Shown one piece after another: positions 25,932 to 39,399 of a stretch of 64,000 bases of DNA. The position numbers and the translations under genes are program-made. The notes beneath the pieces are model-generated. The model was given only the letters and a program-made list of their open reading frames with translations. It was not told the origin of the DNA and did not search any database. This DNA comes from Octopus vulgaris (Eukaryota): the NCBI GenBank assembly GCA_951406725.2, contig OX597816.1, positions 10,664,001 through 10,728,000 of the forward strand, in the 5' to 3' direction. Each line of letters begins with the position of its first letter. Position 1 is the first letter of the stretch.

Positions 25932-26270
25932 GGCATTCCATCGGTTATGACAACGAGGGTTCCAGCTGATCCGATCAATGGAACAGCCTACTCGTGTGTA
26001 CACTTAACTTAGTTCTAGGGGAGATTCAGCGTGACATAGAGTGTGACAATGTTGGCCCTTTGAAATACAGGTACAACAGAAACAGGAAGAAAGAGTAAGA
26101 AAAGTTGTGGTGAAAGGGTACAGCAGGGATCGCCACCACCCCTGCCGGAGCCTTGTGGAGCTTTAGGTGCTTTCGCTCAATAAACACTCACAACACCCGG
26201 TCTGGGAATTGAAACCATAATCCTATGACTGCAAGTCCACTGCCCTAACCACTGGGCCATTGTGCCTCCA
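25932..26270 (-). mobile_element. Chimeric SINE: family D head with family E 3' part
   Basis: The head and core match 58549-58735; the 3' part matches 25160-25340. Confidence 0.8.
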
Positions 26271-26654
26271 CACAGACACACACATCTTCAAAACTGCTTG
26301 AAGACTATTATCGAGAGTTAAAGAACAGCAGAAGAAAAGTAGGTCATTGAGAAACTAAAGTCAATCCAAAAGTTTCCCTTGCATTCTCCAAAAAAAAGTA
26401 GGTCACTGTCTCATTTGTTGGATGATCTCTGATAGATGAAGAACATCTCCAACAAATTCTAGACATGCCATCTACAACTCGATATGTCTCTGAAAACAAC
26501 ATCTCTTTGCACAAATGGACTATACAGCCCCAAAAAGGGCTGTGATATTAAACATTGTTAAATGTCTTTTCCAGTTGATGCTATTAATCTAAGACATGGG
26601 CTGGGCCAATTCTGTTGATGTTTATCTAAGTATACACATGCACACACACACACA

Positions 26655-27879
<1,225 letters not shown>

Positions 27880-27972
27880 ATATATATACATATATATAGG
27901 CCACTAGACGTGAAAATTTCTATTGATTTCCATTTCCTTTGATATGATTATATATCTATATCTATATATCTA

Positions 27973-28012
<40 letters not shown>

Positions 28013-28773
28013 GTATAGATATATACTATAGGGTTGCATTCTAAACTCAGTTACACACACATACACGTGTGCAAAAATACTTTTACACCTAAAAACCCTA
28101 CCATTCTTCAGAGTATTTCTTCTTCTTTTATTTGTTCGCGATTCAGTTTTATATATATATTTTTTTTTTTCTGCAGAATTGTCACTTTTAAAGAATAAAA
28201 AAAAAATGTGTAAAAAACTGAACGAGGGTGGGATAACAAGATAAAATACAAAAAAAAAACCCACAAAAACTGAATGAATGAATAAATTTGCAAACACGCC
28301 ATGAATTTACAATTTTACAAGTATTTAAGCACACAAGAAGAATTTTTTTTCCGTCTATTCATTGAACTGAAAAAGATTATTGATGCAAAATATTATCAAT
28401 AGAAGATTTTCAGTTTTATATGTTTAAATTTTTTGACTTACTGTTCTTTTTATCGTATTATTTTATATCATTCTTTAAGCTTGGAATCTCTTCCTACAAT
28501 TGTGGTAAGGCAAAAGAACAATATAGTAATACATAGTGTTATTTTCTTACTTAAGTTCATCATACATCATATTGGGTGAAAAAAAATTCTTTTTTTCATG
28601 AACAGTTGATAATATAGTAATTTGCTAAAAAAAAAAAAAATGTCTCTGGAATAATTTTTTTCTGTTTTTGTTTTTAAGACATTCTTAGCGGGGGTTTCCG
28701 AGCATTGAAACCAAAATCACAATACTTAATATTACATTAAACCACTTTCAGATATGTACTTAATAATAATAAA

Positions 28774-29152
28774 TAACAAGAGCACTCAGAGAGTGATAAC
28801 CTCTACCAAGGCAACCCCAATGTTCTCTCAATGATTAGCCAGAGATGACTTTTAAAAATGAGAATATCTGAAATAAACTCAACTGCTCTCACAAACGAGA
28901 ATACTAAAAATGAACTCGAAAACAGAAAAAATAATCCAAAATCCTTGGAATGCAACCCTATAGTATATATCTATATATATAAATATAAATATACCAGATC
29001 AATCTCCAAATTTAATCAGTCATGAGGCCAAACATCCCTGAAAGTTTAATCCGAATCCATCCAGCGGTTCTTGAGATATCTTGTCCACAGACAAACAAAC
29101 AAACAAACACGATGGAAAAACAATACCTCCACCTTATCAAAGGCAGAGGTAA
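28774..29152 (-). mobile_element. Second HINE/DINE-1-like copy
   Basis: Reverse-complement homolog of 10454-10825, with an insertion of about 40 bp at ~28949-28990. Confidence 0.65.
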
Positions 29153-29379
29153 CAATCCTTTCTACTATAGGCACAAAGCCTGAAATTTTGGGGTGGGTAT
29201 CAGTTGATTACATTGGTCCCAGTACTCAACTGGTACTTAATTTATCGACCCCAAATTGATGAAAGGCAAAGTTGACTCAGAATGAATCGCAGTCAACTCA
29301 GAACAACAAGGCAGATGAAACATCGTTAAGTAGTTCGTCCAGTGTGCTAATGATTCTGCCAGCTTGCCACCTTGATGAA

Positions 29380-29411
<32 letters not shown>

Positions 29412-29413
<2 letters not shown>

Positions 29414-29990
29414 CTGTAGACTTGTCCAAAACTACTACAAGTTGTGGCAACATGACCAGGTAGTGAAAGTGCTACATTGGAAAGTGCAAAAAGTGGGGGC
29501 TAGATAGAGGCAAGGCGTAGTATGAGAACAAACGGCAGAGACTAGCAAAATCCTCTGGGATTTTCCAATCCAAACTGATAAGGTGCTAGAGCATAACAGA
29601 CCAGACCTAGTGGTCGTGGGCAAGGTGCACCACATATGCTATATAGTTGACGTTGCATATCTCTTTGACCCACGAATATCAAGAAGGAAGGCGAAAAGAT
29701 AAATAGATACAACCCTCTTAAGTACGAAATAGCCCTTCAATGGAAAATGAAGAAGATGAAGATTATTGTTGGGTCCTTGGGAACAGTATCAGAAAGCATC
29801 AAGAGGAATATAAAGGAAATTGGAATAGAGTGCCCAATAGAACTGTTACAAAAGCTTTGCCTCTTTGGCACAGCTAGAATCATCAGGCAAGTATTAGATA
29901 GCTGAAAAGAATGGATAGCATGGTACCATAGGCTGCAGATAGCACGACTGCTATACATGCAAGATTCCTGGAGCTCAAAGTCACTTTCAA
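29412..29990 (+). pseudogene. Decayed RLE-type LINE 3' fragment following (AAT)n
   Basis: KILWDFPIQTDKVLEHNRPDLVVV, IVDVA, IIVGSLGT and LQKLCLFGTARIIRQVL. Confidence 0.8.
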
Positions 29991-30679
29991 AGAGGAAATG
30001 TTGCTATTTTTTTGGACATTTTCTTTGTTGTTCTTTTAGATCTTTTCCCTTTTCCATTGAGAATGACTATTTCCAGTGCTAATTTTTCTGGTGTGCAGGG
30101 CTTCTTTATAATACATATCTAAAGGGTCCACGCTTAAAAGCTTATCCGTATACTTGATCAAAACAGATTTGATGTTGCTGCCACAATTGTGGTATGCAAC
30201 TTGTTCTATCAATTTTTGAAAGTAAGTTGCCATTTATATGGAATTTGAACTCAGAACATCAAGACAGAAGAAATATCACTAAGCATTTTGCCCGGCATGC
30301 TATCGTTTCTGCCAGCTTGCTGCCTTCTTTTATAAAAATATTTATTTCTATATTGCCCACAAGGCGCTAAACATAGAGGGGACAAACGATAGACACAGGG
30401 ATTGAGTCAATTACATCGACCCCAGTGCATAACTGGTACTTATTTAATTGACCCCAAAAGGATTAAAGGCAAAGTCGACCTCGGTGGAATTTGAACTCAG
30501 AACATAAAGTCAGATGAAATACTGCTAAACATTTCGCCCAGTGTGCTAACGTTTCTGCCAGCTCACCACCATTTATACAAATATTGTAAATGAATGTTTC
30601 TCAAAAAATGCGTAAACATTTTAAAATGTCTGAAAATAAACTTTACCTCTTCCCCACATAAGGAGGGTGGGGGGCAACC

Positions 30680-30916
30680 AATGGTTCTCAACCAATTTTA
30701 CCCATGGACCCTCTTTAATGCATATTTTACTTGGATGAACCCTCATAGGCATTTGATGTTTAAGAAAACCCTGTTATATTTTTAGAATTCAATATTACTA
30801 AGAATTGTGTACAAAAATAATTATTCAAGTACTTTGTGCACAGCAAAAGTGTCATCAATTTATTGCACATAAATTGTGACAAAAAATGTTATATGGACCC
30901 CGGTTGTGAACCATTG
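30680..30916. mobile_element. hAT-type MITE
   Basis: TIRs caatggttctcaacc and ggttgtgaaccattg, with a repeated subterminal atggaccc motif. Confidence 0.7.
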
Positions 30917-30974
30917 GGGGTAGATGTCCAAATGTCGTGATACCTTCTGGGAGTAAATAATAAAAAATACTGGA

Positions 30975-31351
30975 GACCTATTGAGTCAAGTATATCAACA
31001 TCAAAATAAATATCAAATGGAAATTGTAGTCGTGATACCTGTGCCAGTGGCACATAAAAAGCACCATTCAAACGTGGTCGATGCCAGCGCCGCCTTGACT
31101 GGCTTCTGTGTCGGTAGCACGTAAAAAGCACCAACCGATTGTGACCGCTGCCAGCCTCCCCTGGCACCTGTTCTGGTGGCACATAACAAGCACCCACTAC
31201 ACTCTTGATGTGGTTGGCGTTAGGAAGGGCATTCAGCTGTAGAAACACTGCTAGATCAGACTGGAGCCTGGTGCAGCCTCCTGGCTTCCCAGACCCCAGT
31301 TGAACCGTCCAACCCATGCTAGCATGGAAAATGATGATGATGATGATGATG
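30975..31351 (+). mobile_element. Family A element
   Basis: Core, ~61-bp subrepeats and (GAT)n tail. Confidence 0.85.
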
Positions 31352-31829
31352 TTTTTTTTACGTATGGGAATCCTAGAAGTAAACATCTTCTATATAGAAG
31401 TGAATAAACATGAATATTCAGAGAAGAATAGTAACGAAGACAACAGCAGCAAAAATAATGATATTAATAATAGTCTTATATTTTTGGTTTATTTATTTAT
31501 TGTCGTTTTAATAATGATAGATAAGCAAACAAATTAATGAAATAAGAACAAAAGAAGAGCGATTTCAAAGAGTTCTCTGTTCTAAAAATTTCGGCAGCCA
31601 ATCACTTCAACCAATTATATCTCACTATCTTTGGTAAAACTAGAAAACAACACAAGACAGAACATTTTTTCAAAAGAAAATCTAAGATCATATAAAGCGA
31701 GATTTTGTTAGAATTTTTTTATTATTTACAACCAATGCTGTCTCTAGTTCCACTCATTTCTATTTACTTTGGTTTTCTTTCTGCATTTTCACCTTCTATA
31801 TATCTTCCATTTCTTAGACATACATACAT

Positions 31830-32810
31830 GAGGCTGATAACATCATAAGACTTGGAAGGCAGCTCCTTGAGCAACACTAGAATATATGTCCAAAGAAGTC
31901 GCATGACTACCTTAACATATCATCAGATGAGAGGATGAGCCTATATGAGCAAAAGACTATGCATGGATATGCTAGTAGAAAGTTCTGTGATGATAGTAAC
32001 ATCGATCATCAAAGCAGTTTATCATGGACCAGTAGCTGGATTACTACCTCCCACTTTGAAGGGTAAGCGTTTGCAATCCAGGAACAGGAAATATCAACCA
32101 AATACCTGATGCACAAAAGGGATAGAGATGCAGGAAAAGCCGTATAATATGACAACCGATGCAGAATTTATGGAGTTCATGCTGAAGATATCACCCACAT
32201 TATAAGCAGTTGTCTGAAAATGTCATCATGGTATTATCTACCGATGAGACATGACATTTAGCTAGGACACTCTATAATGTAATCTGTTGGAAGGATAACT
32301 CCGAGGACAAAGAAATAAAAACCCACAATATGGCAGAGGTCATAGCCATTCATAATGAAAAGGAATCCTGGTGGAATGTACCAGTGAAGACCTCAATAAA
32401 ATGTAAGCACAACAGACCTGATGTAATGATTTGGGATAGAGAAGAGAAACTGTGTACAGTTGTGGAAATTAGCTGCCCAGTGGATGTTAACATAAAGCTG
32501 AAGATCAGTGAGAAAGAGAACACCTGTGCTGAGCTTTTGAGAAATTTGCAGTTACCCTATCCAGATTACTATTTCAGGTTTATACCTGTAATTATAGGGG
32601 TCCTGGGATATGTAACACACTGCCTAAATACCAATCTTGAGGAATTAGGCTTCTCAAAACCAGGAAGGAGAAGGCTAATTCAAAGAATACAGATACAATC
32701 ATCTATCATTGGAACTGTAAAAATTTGTAAAACTTCCCAGAAGTTTATCATTTAAATATATATGAGCATGTCGAGATATGCAACTATATGCATGAGAATA
32801 CATACATATA
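31830..32810 (+). pseudogene. Decayed RLE-type LINE 3' fragment
   Basis: AIQEQEISTKY, EDITHIISSC, HNRPDVMIWD, VVEISCP and PVIIGVLG motifs, with stops and frameshifts. Confidence 0.85.
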
Positions 32811-34214
32811 TTCATTCCTATAGGGTATCTGTACAGATAACTTTAAAAAGCGATGTATATAAATGTGTGTGTGTGTGTGTAATCATTTCTTTTCTAGGAT
32901 TATGACTCACAGAACATCCCTTCATACGGGTGCTTAATTCACTCGAAATAGTAGCAAAATTCTCCTAAAATCAGGCCATACTGTCTTAAATGTGAAGGTG
33001 CATGATCTAGTGTTCAGGGTTTTTGTGCTTGTAGTTAATTCCTGGACTGAGCGGAGCGTTGTACTCCTGAGCAAAGCACTTCATTTTCACATCATTCCAG
33101 TCCACTCAGCAATAAGTGAGCAACTCTGTGATGGACTGGCATATCATCCAGGGGGAATGTTGTGATCTTAACCAATTGATATGCCATGGAAAAACGGTGA
33201 CTGACCCTGTTCAATTAATATGTTACAGGTTATGTCACACTGATGATTTCTTAAAAGAGTGAAATAATGCTATATATAATTTCAAACACTATAAAAATTT
33301 AAGAACTCTGTGCTTACTCAAGCAAAAAAAAAAAAAACATGAATCTATTCATCTTTTTCCTTAAAATTCCTTAATCTCATCTTCAAATTTAAAATCATGC
33401 TTCATATAATGAAGAAGTTATTATCTCCTTTGTAGTAACTGCTACCTTGATAAGGACCACCTGTGTTTGAATAATGATGGAAGCGTTGACAAATAATCGA
33501 ATATGAGTGAGTGAGTTCAAATATTCATTGAAAGCAAAATATCACATCAGTTGTTCACCCAGTCTGAAACAGATGGAGTGAGACTAGCTGTGATGTGACA
33601 CTAAAAGATAAATTAATGATAACCTGATATCAAGCTGATGATAGAAAAATAAATGAACTGAGAAGGGAAATGGATAACTTATGTATGGAAGAGAAGACAT
33701 TTAGAATTGTTGATGTATGTGATGAAAACGGATAGCGAACGCAATATGAAAGTATTTTGCTGCCAATGGCAGAAGAATGCAGAGTCTGTTATTAGAGATA
33801 GTTCAACGACCTTTTAGCAGCTACAATGAATCACTTTATATAGTTAAACAAAAGCTTCTTTATAAACGTAGGTTGATTATAAGTGTCAGATAATGATGAC
33901 AGATTTATTTCCCACCCTTTCACTACATCCACAGCCCCAACACACTATTTTATCTATTATTCTTTTAAAACCCCATAATTTCAAATAAATTTTTTTGCTG
34001 TCATCTGTGTATCATATTGAATATATACACACCTTTAGGAGGCAAGACGCAGTGGAATTATCTGAAATAAAATCTCTTCCTCGACTTGCGAAAAATCACA
34101 ATATATACTGAAATGAACTGAAATATACTGAGATGAACATTGTTGCTGCAGTGACCCACAAGAATGATAGACATGCCCCACCCTTTTTTTAGCCTTAATA
34201 ATAATAAATCCATT

Positions 34215-34615
34215 GTTGAAACCTATGAAGAGCAAAGAAGTGGTATGAGAAGACTTCAGAAGGAGTCACCAAGAATGAGAATTGCAAAATAATGTGGGAT
34301 GCAATGATTCAGTGATATCACCTGACCAGACATCGGAAACTGGACATTGTTCTGGTGAATAAAAAAGAAAGAACATGAATGATAATCGACATAGCATATC
34401 CCAGTGACAACAGGATCAATGTGAAAGAAGAGGAAAAAATAAACAACTATGACAATTTAAAGTGGGAAATACGAAGGTTGTGGTCAATGAAGAAAGAGAA
34501 TAGATGTGATACCAACAGTAATTAATGTGCTTGGAAGTATTAGCCCTCAGCTACCAACATGGTTGAAAAAGACTAGCACAAATGTACAGGTAGAACATCA
34601 GCAAAAATCGTATTT
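34215..34615 (+). pseudogene. Decayed RLE-type LINE fragment
   Basis: ENCKIMWD, HRKLDIVLV, IIDIAYPSD and EEEKINNYDNLKWEIRRLW. Confidence 0.75.
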
Positions 34616-34935
34616 TTACGTCTGTTTTCTCATGTTTGCATGGGTCAGACAGAATTTGTTGAGGCAGATTTTCCATAGCTGAATATCTTTCCTGTCATCG
34701 ATCCTCATCTGTTTCCAGCTAAGGTAATATTTCCTTGTGGAAGACTGGAAATGAACATCTCCTGTGTGACAGTGATGCTCTTTCTCAACTGTGAAGCTGA
34801 GATGAGTTTGTAGACACACATGTACACAAAACTGCAAAGAGACATACACAAAAACATATACAAACACACAGACACACACAAACACATGCACACATACACT
34901 CACACACACAGGCACATATTCACACACACATATAT

Positions 34936-34983
<48 letters not shown>

Positions 34984-34992
34984 GAGGCCTGT

Positions 34993-35035
<43 letters not shown>

Positions 35036-35042
<7 letters not shown>

Positions 35043-35205
35043 CAATTTACAAAAAAAACAAAAGACATAGACGGGTGTGTAAACAACAAACAGATGTATC
35101 AGTTTAACACTCAGGAAGTGAAAAAGTCTTTTACATTTCGAGTGTACACTCTTTGACAGAAAGGAACACAGAAATAAACAGGGAGAGAAATAGAATAAAA
35201 ATAAT
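35036..35205 (-). mobile_element. Penelope-type terminal fragment with a degenerate hammerhead-like motif (35128-35163)
   Basis: cttt-CTGTCAA-a-gagt(gtac)actc-GAAA-tg-TA-aaag, flanked by (TA)n. Confidence 0.45.
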
Positions 35206-35688
35206 ATATGTATATATATGTATATATGCAAGCGACCTCTTTCAGTTTCCATCTACTCACAAGGCTTTGGTCAGCCTTGGGAGCAACTGTAAGAGACACT
35301 TGCCCAGGGATTGCACTGTGGAACCGAAACAAGGAACATATGGTTGGGAAGGAAGCTTTTTAACTGCACAACCAGACTTGTGCCTCGGTTGTTGATATTT
35401 TGTAGGAAACATCGGTTGCTCCAATATCTATGTTGTTTTGATGAAAACTAGTGATGTAGCCTCAAGATTAATTGCATACAAGAAAGTAAATATTTAAGAT
35501 ATATGAATACTCTTCAGCATGGTAAATGTTTTAGAAGCAAAAAAAAAAAACTGTTATTTTCTTTCATTTGAAAAATATATATGGCCAATTTGAAGTCAAT
35601 GCCTGGAATCGAATACGCACATACCGACACACATACATGCATACAGACATACATACGCACATACACATACATAGATGCACACTCACAG

Positions 35689-35728
<40 letters not shown>

Positions 35729-36179
35729 TACATACATTCATAGATACATAGATATATGTATACACACGTACGCACATGCACTCATGCACATACACATACA
35801 CATACATATATATTCACTGAAATAGAAAAAAAAAAACTGAAAAAATGAAGAAAAAATATGTAGAGGATAAAAAATATCTTCGTATTTTTAGAGAAAAAAC
35901 AAAACAAGTTACTGATAAAATATAGATTCTCTGCGATAAATGGTAACCCTAATTAAAGCTAAGAACAGAAAAACCAACATTTCAAATATCTTTTTCTAAG
36001 CATTCTGCAACTATTATTATCTTCATAAATATTACGATGTCTGCAACCTGACATTACAGTCTTAACTGTAGGTAAAACTCCAGCAGAAGAGAAATAGGCA
36101 ACAAAAGAAAGTAAGTCAAAGAAATTAAAGATAAAACATAACAGCAGAAAATGATAACGGATAATAATAATAATAATGA

Positions 36180-36460
36180 CAAGCGAGGTCGTCGCCAGTG
36201 TCGCTGGACTGGCTCCTGTGCAGGTGGCACGTAAAAAGCACCATTTGGATATGGCCGTTGCCAGTACTGCCTGACTGGCCTTCATGCCGGTGGCATGTAA
36301 AAGCACCCACTACTCTCTTGGAGTGGTTGGCGTTAGGAAGGGCATCCAGCTGTAGAAACTCTGCCAGATCAGATTGGAATCTGGTTCGCCAGACCTCAGT
36401 CAAATCGTCCAACCCATGCTAGCATGGAAAGTGGACGTTAAATGATGATGATGATGATGA
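36180..36460 (+). mobile_element. Family A element
   Basis: Core and tail. Confidence 0.85.
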
Positions 36461-36491
36461 ATGATGATGACAATGATGATGATGATGATGA

Positions 36492-36790
36492 TGAAAAGTC
36501 GAGAGATATGACAGGTTAGCTTGGGATGTTAAGTAGTTGTGGTCGATGCAAAAGGTAGCATCAGTACCAGTAATTGCCAGAGCCCTGGGAACAGTGAGCA
36601 AAAATCTCAAGAAGTACGTGGACCAAATAGGGGCAACAATAAGGGTGGGGTACTGCTTTGAACCACTCGAATACTCTGAAAGGTGCTCGAAAAATAAGAG
36701 GTGTTACCTTAGTTCACTGGTAGTGAACAGCTGACGCTGTAGTACACCTCCAGCGTTAGAAGTTGTGCAAAGGCAATAATAACAATGATA
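36492..36790 (+). pseudogene. RLE-type LINE terminal fragment
   Basis: RYDRLAWDV.LWSMQKV..VPVIARALGTVSKNL, ending in an (AAT)n tail. Confidence 0.7.
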
Positions 36791-37005
36791 ATAATAAGAA
36801 GAAAGCACAAGGCCTTGAAAATTTTGGGGGAATGGGGCTAGTCAGTTATATTTACCCTTGTGCGTAACTGGTACTTATTTCATCAACCCTGAAAGGATGA
36901 ATGACAAAGTCAATCTTGATGGAATTTGAACTCAGAACTTAGTGGCAGACGAAATACCGTGAAGCATTTCCCCCAGTGTGCTAACAATTCTGCCAGCTCA
37001 CCACC

Positions 37006-37047
<42 letters not shown>

Positions 37048-37090
37048 GTAGTAGTAGTAGTTTCTAATTTAGGCACAGGGCCACTAGTTT

Positions 37091-37128
<38 letters not shown>

Positions 37129-38715
37129 AGTTGATCAAATGAACCTCAGTATTTATCTGGTATTTTATCTTATTGACACAAAAAAAAAAAATTAAATGCA
37201 AAATTGATCTCAGCAAGATTTGAACTCAGAATGTAAAGAGTTGCAAGAAATACCACTAAGAATGTTTTCTCTTTATGCTTTTCCAATTCTGCCAGTTTGA
37301 CATCTTACATAACAATAATAATAAAAATAATAGTTTCAAATTTTGGCATAAGCCCAGCAATTTTAGGTGGATGAGTTGTTTAGAAATGGAGGTTATCTGT
37401 GGAGGTGAGTTTCATGCAATCAGGTGGCAGGTGTTGTTCAGCTTTGGGTCAAGTTTCCCTTCTTGGGTTGATCTCTCCAGACAAGATATGAATCAACTGC
37501 AGAGCAAAAGCACAAGGCCAAGAGCAGTAGTTCTTAACATGCATATTGTGGATCTCCACGTGGGGTTGACCAGTTTCTATAGAATGTTATTTTGAGGACC
37601 AACTTCCAAAATGATATTTTTGACTTGCTCCTTAAAGGATTGAGTGTGATCTGAAGTTATTCCAAGGTAAATGGATTGGTACCATGCACCAAACGATTTG
37701 ATGTTAAGAGGTCAGTTGGCTCCATGATTCCTGAGATGGCACAAGCAGAACGAGATCTTTTTAGGGGGTTAAAGCTGAAGTGTTCATATCGCAGATGCTG
37801 TCAAGTAATGCTCGATATTTCTTGCGAATTCTACCAAACACTTCAAAGCAGAGTTGAAAGATAACAATGTCCTGAACTTCAAATAAATGCCAGAAGCCTA
37901 CCAGTCTGGGAAAAGACCGTTGACTAACTAATTATAGCTAAAGTGTGCATCTCTTAACAGCTGATGATTCCCCAGAGTGAACATGTTTTCGTCTTTGATC
38001 TACAAAACACAAATCAATGACTAATAGCATTTCTTGAGGAAAATTTCATTATTAAAAAAAATTTTTTATCCCAGACTTAGTGTAGACTTTTCCTAACAAT
38101 GATTTTTTTCTATTATTTTTTATTCTAAAATAATTATTTCGACAATCTATGTCTGCTGAACACAAACACATGCATTTATAAATATACAGCAAATACAACA
38201 AAATGACTCCTTAAGAAAATCAACCAACAGGAGCCGCTGATGACAGTTCCCCACAGGGAAGCCAATTAGGCAGAATGACAAACTTGACCACCAGAAAAAC
38301 AAGAGGTCACCTGTACTTTAATGAATCAAAGATCAGATCTGTTTGTGGAAAACATTATAAATACACTGGATTCCAATAAACGCCATTACAAGCAAAAGTT
38401 CCTGCACATGACAGAAAGAGAATCACAGAAACTGTAAATCAAATCCCCTTTTTTATTATCTTCATTTCTCCCTTGTATTTCTCCCTCTTAACTCAATATA
38501 ACTGAAACTTTGTTGATATTCATTTCTTGTCGATCTTACTAACCATTGAAATTTGTACATTTAATCAAGTTGATCAACACTTTTTTTATATTATTGATTG
38601 TTATGAACATTTAAACTTGTCAACATCGTAATTTTTAAACATGTTTTTCTAATTCATAATTCTAAATTTTTACCGTTGATAAACAAAAAATATTATTGAA
38701 ACTAGTTTGGTATGT

Positions 38716-38990
38716 ATCATCATCATCGTCGTTTAACGTCCACTTTCCATGCTAGCCTGGGTTGGACGATTTGACTGAGGTATGGCAAACCAGATGGCGG
38801 CACCAGACTCCAATCTGATCTGGCAGAGTTTCTACAGCTGGATGCCCTTCCTAACACCAACCACTCCAAAAGTGTAGTGGGTGCTTTTACATGCCACTGG
38901 CATGAGGGCCAGTCAGGTGGTACTGGCAATGGTCATGCTCAAATGGTGCTTTTTATGTGCCACCTGCACAGTAGTTAGTCCAGTGGCACT
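38716..38990 (-). mobile_element. Family A element
   Basis: Core and tail. Confidence 0.85.
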
Positions 38991-39399
38991 AAATGTATTT
39001 AACAATTACAAATCTTTCAAATTTAGGTGCATTTTCAACAACAAATTTACTTATATTTTTCCTGCATAGAAATACACCCCCACTTTTGTTAATCAAATAT
39101 ATTCAATGACAATAAAGTGTACTGGATTTCAGATAAGTGCTCTTGGTATGAGAAATGTCTAAAACCTTAAATGTATTTACAGATTCAGTTAGAGTGATAA
39201 TACATTAGGAAGTCAAAGCAAGAAAAATTACATTTAAAAAATCACAGATGATATATATCCATAATATAAATAATATTGTATTAATAAATAAATATATAAT
39301 GTGTGATTATTTAAAAAGGTTTGGGATATCTTACAATTGTTTCATGAAACTATTACCTTCCGAAATGAAATCTAAAATTGATAATCGTTATTAGGTGTG

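Noticed and set aside
38235-38275. CTGATGA followed by a short hairpin (possible hammerhead)
   Set aside because: There is no correctly placed GAAA or stem I partner.
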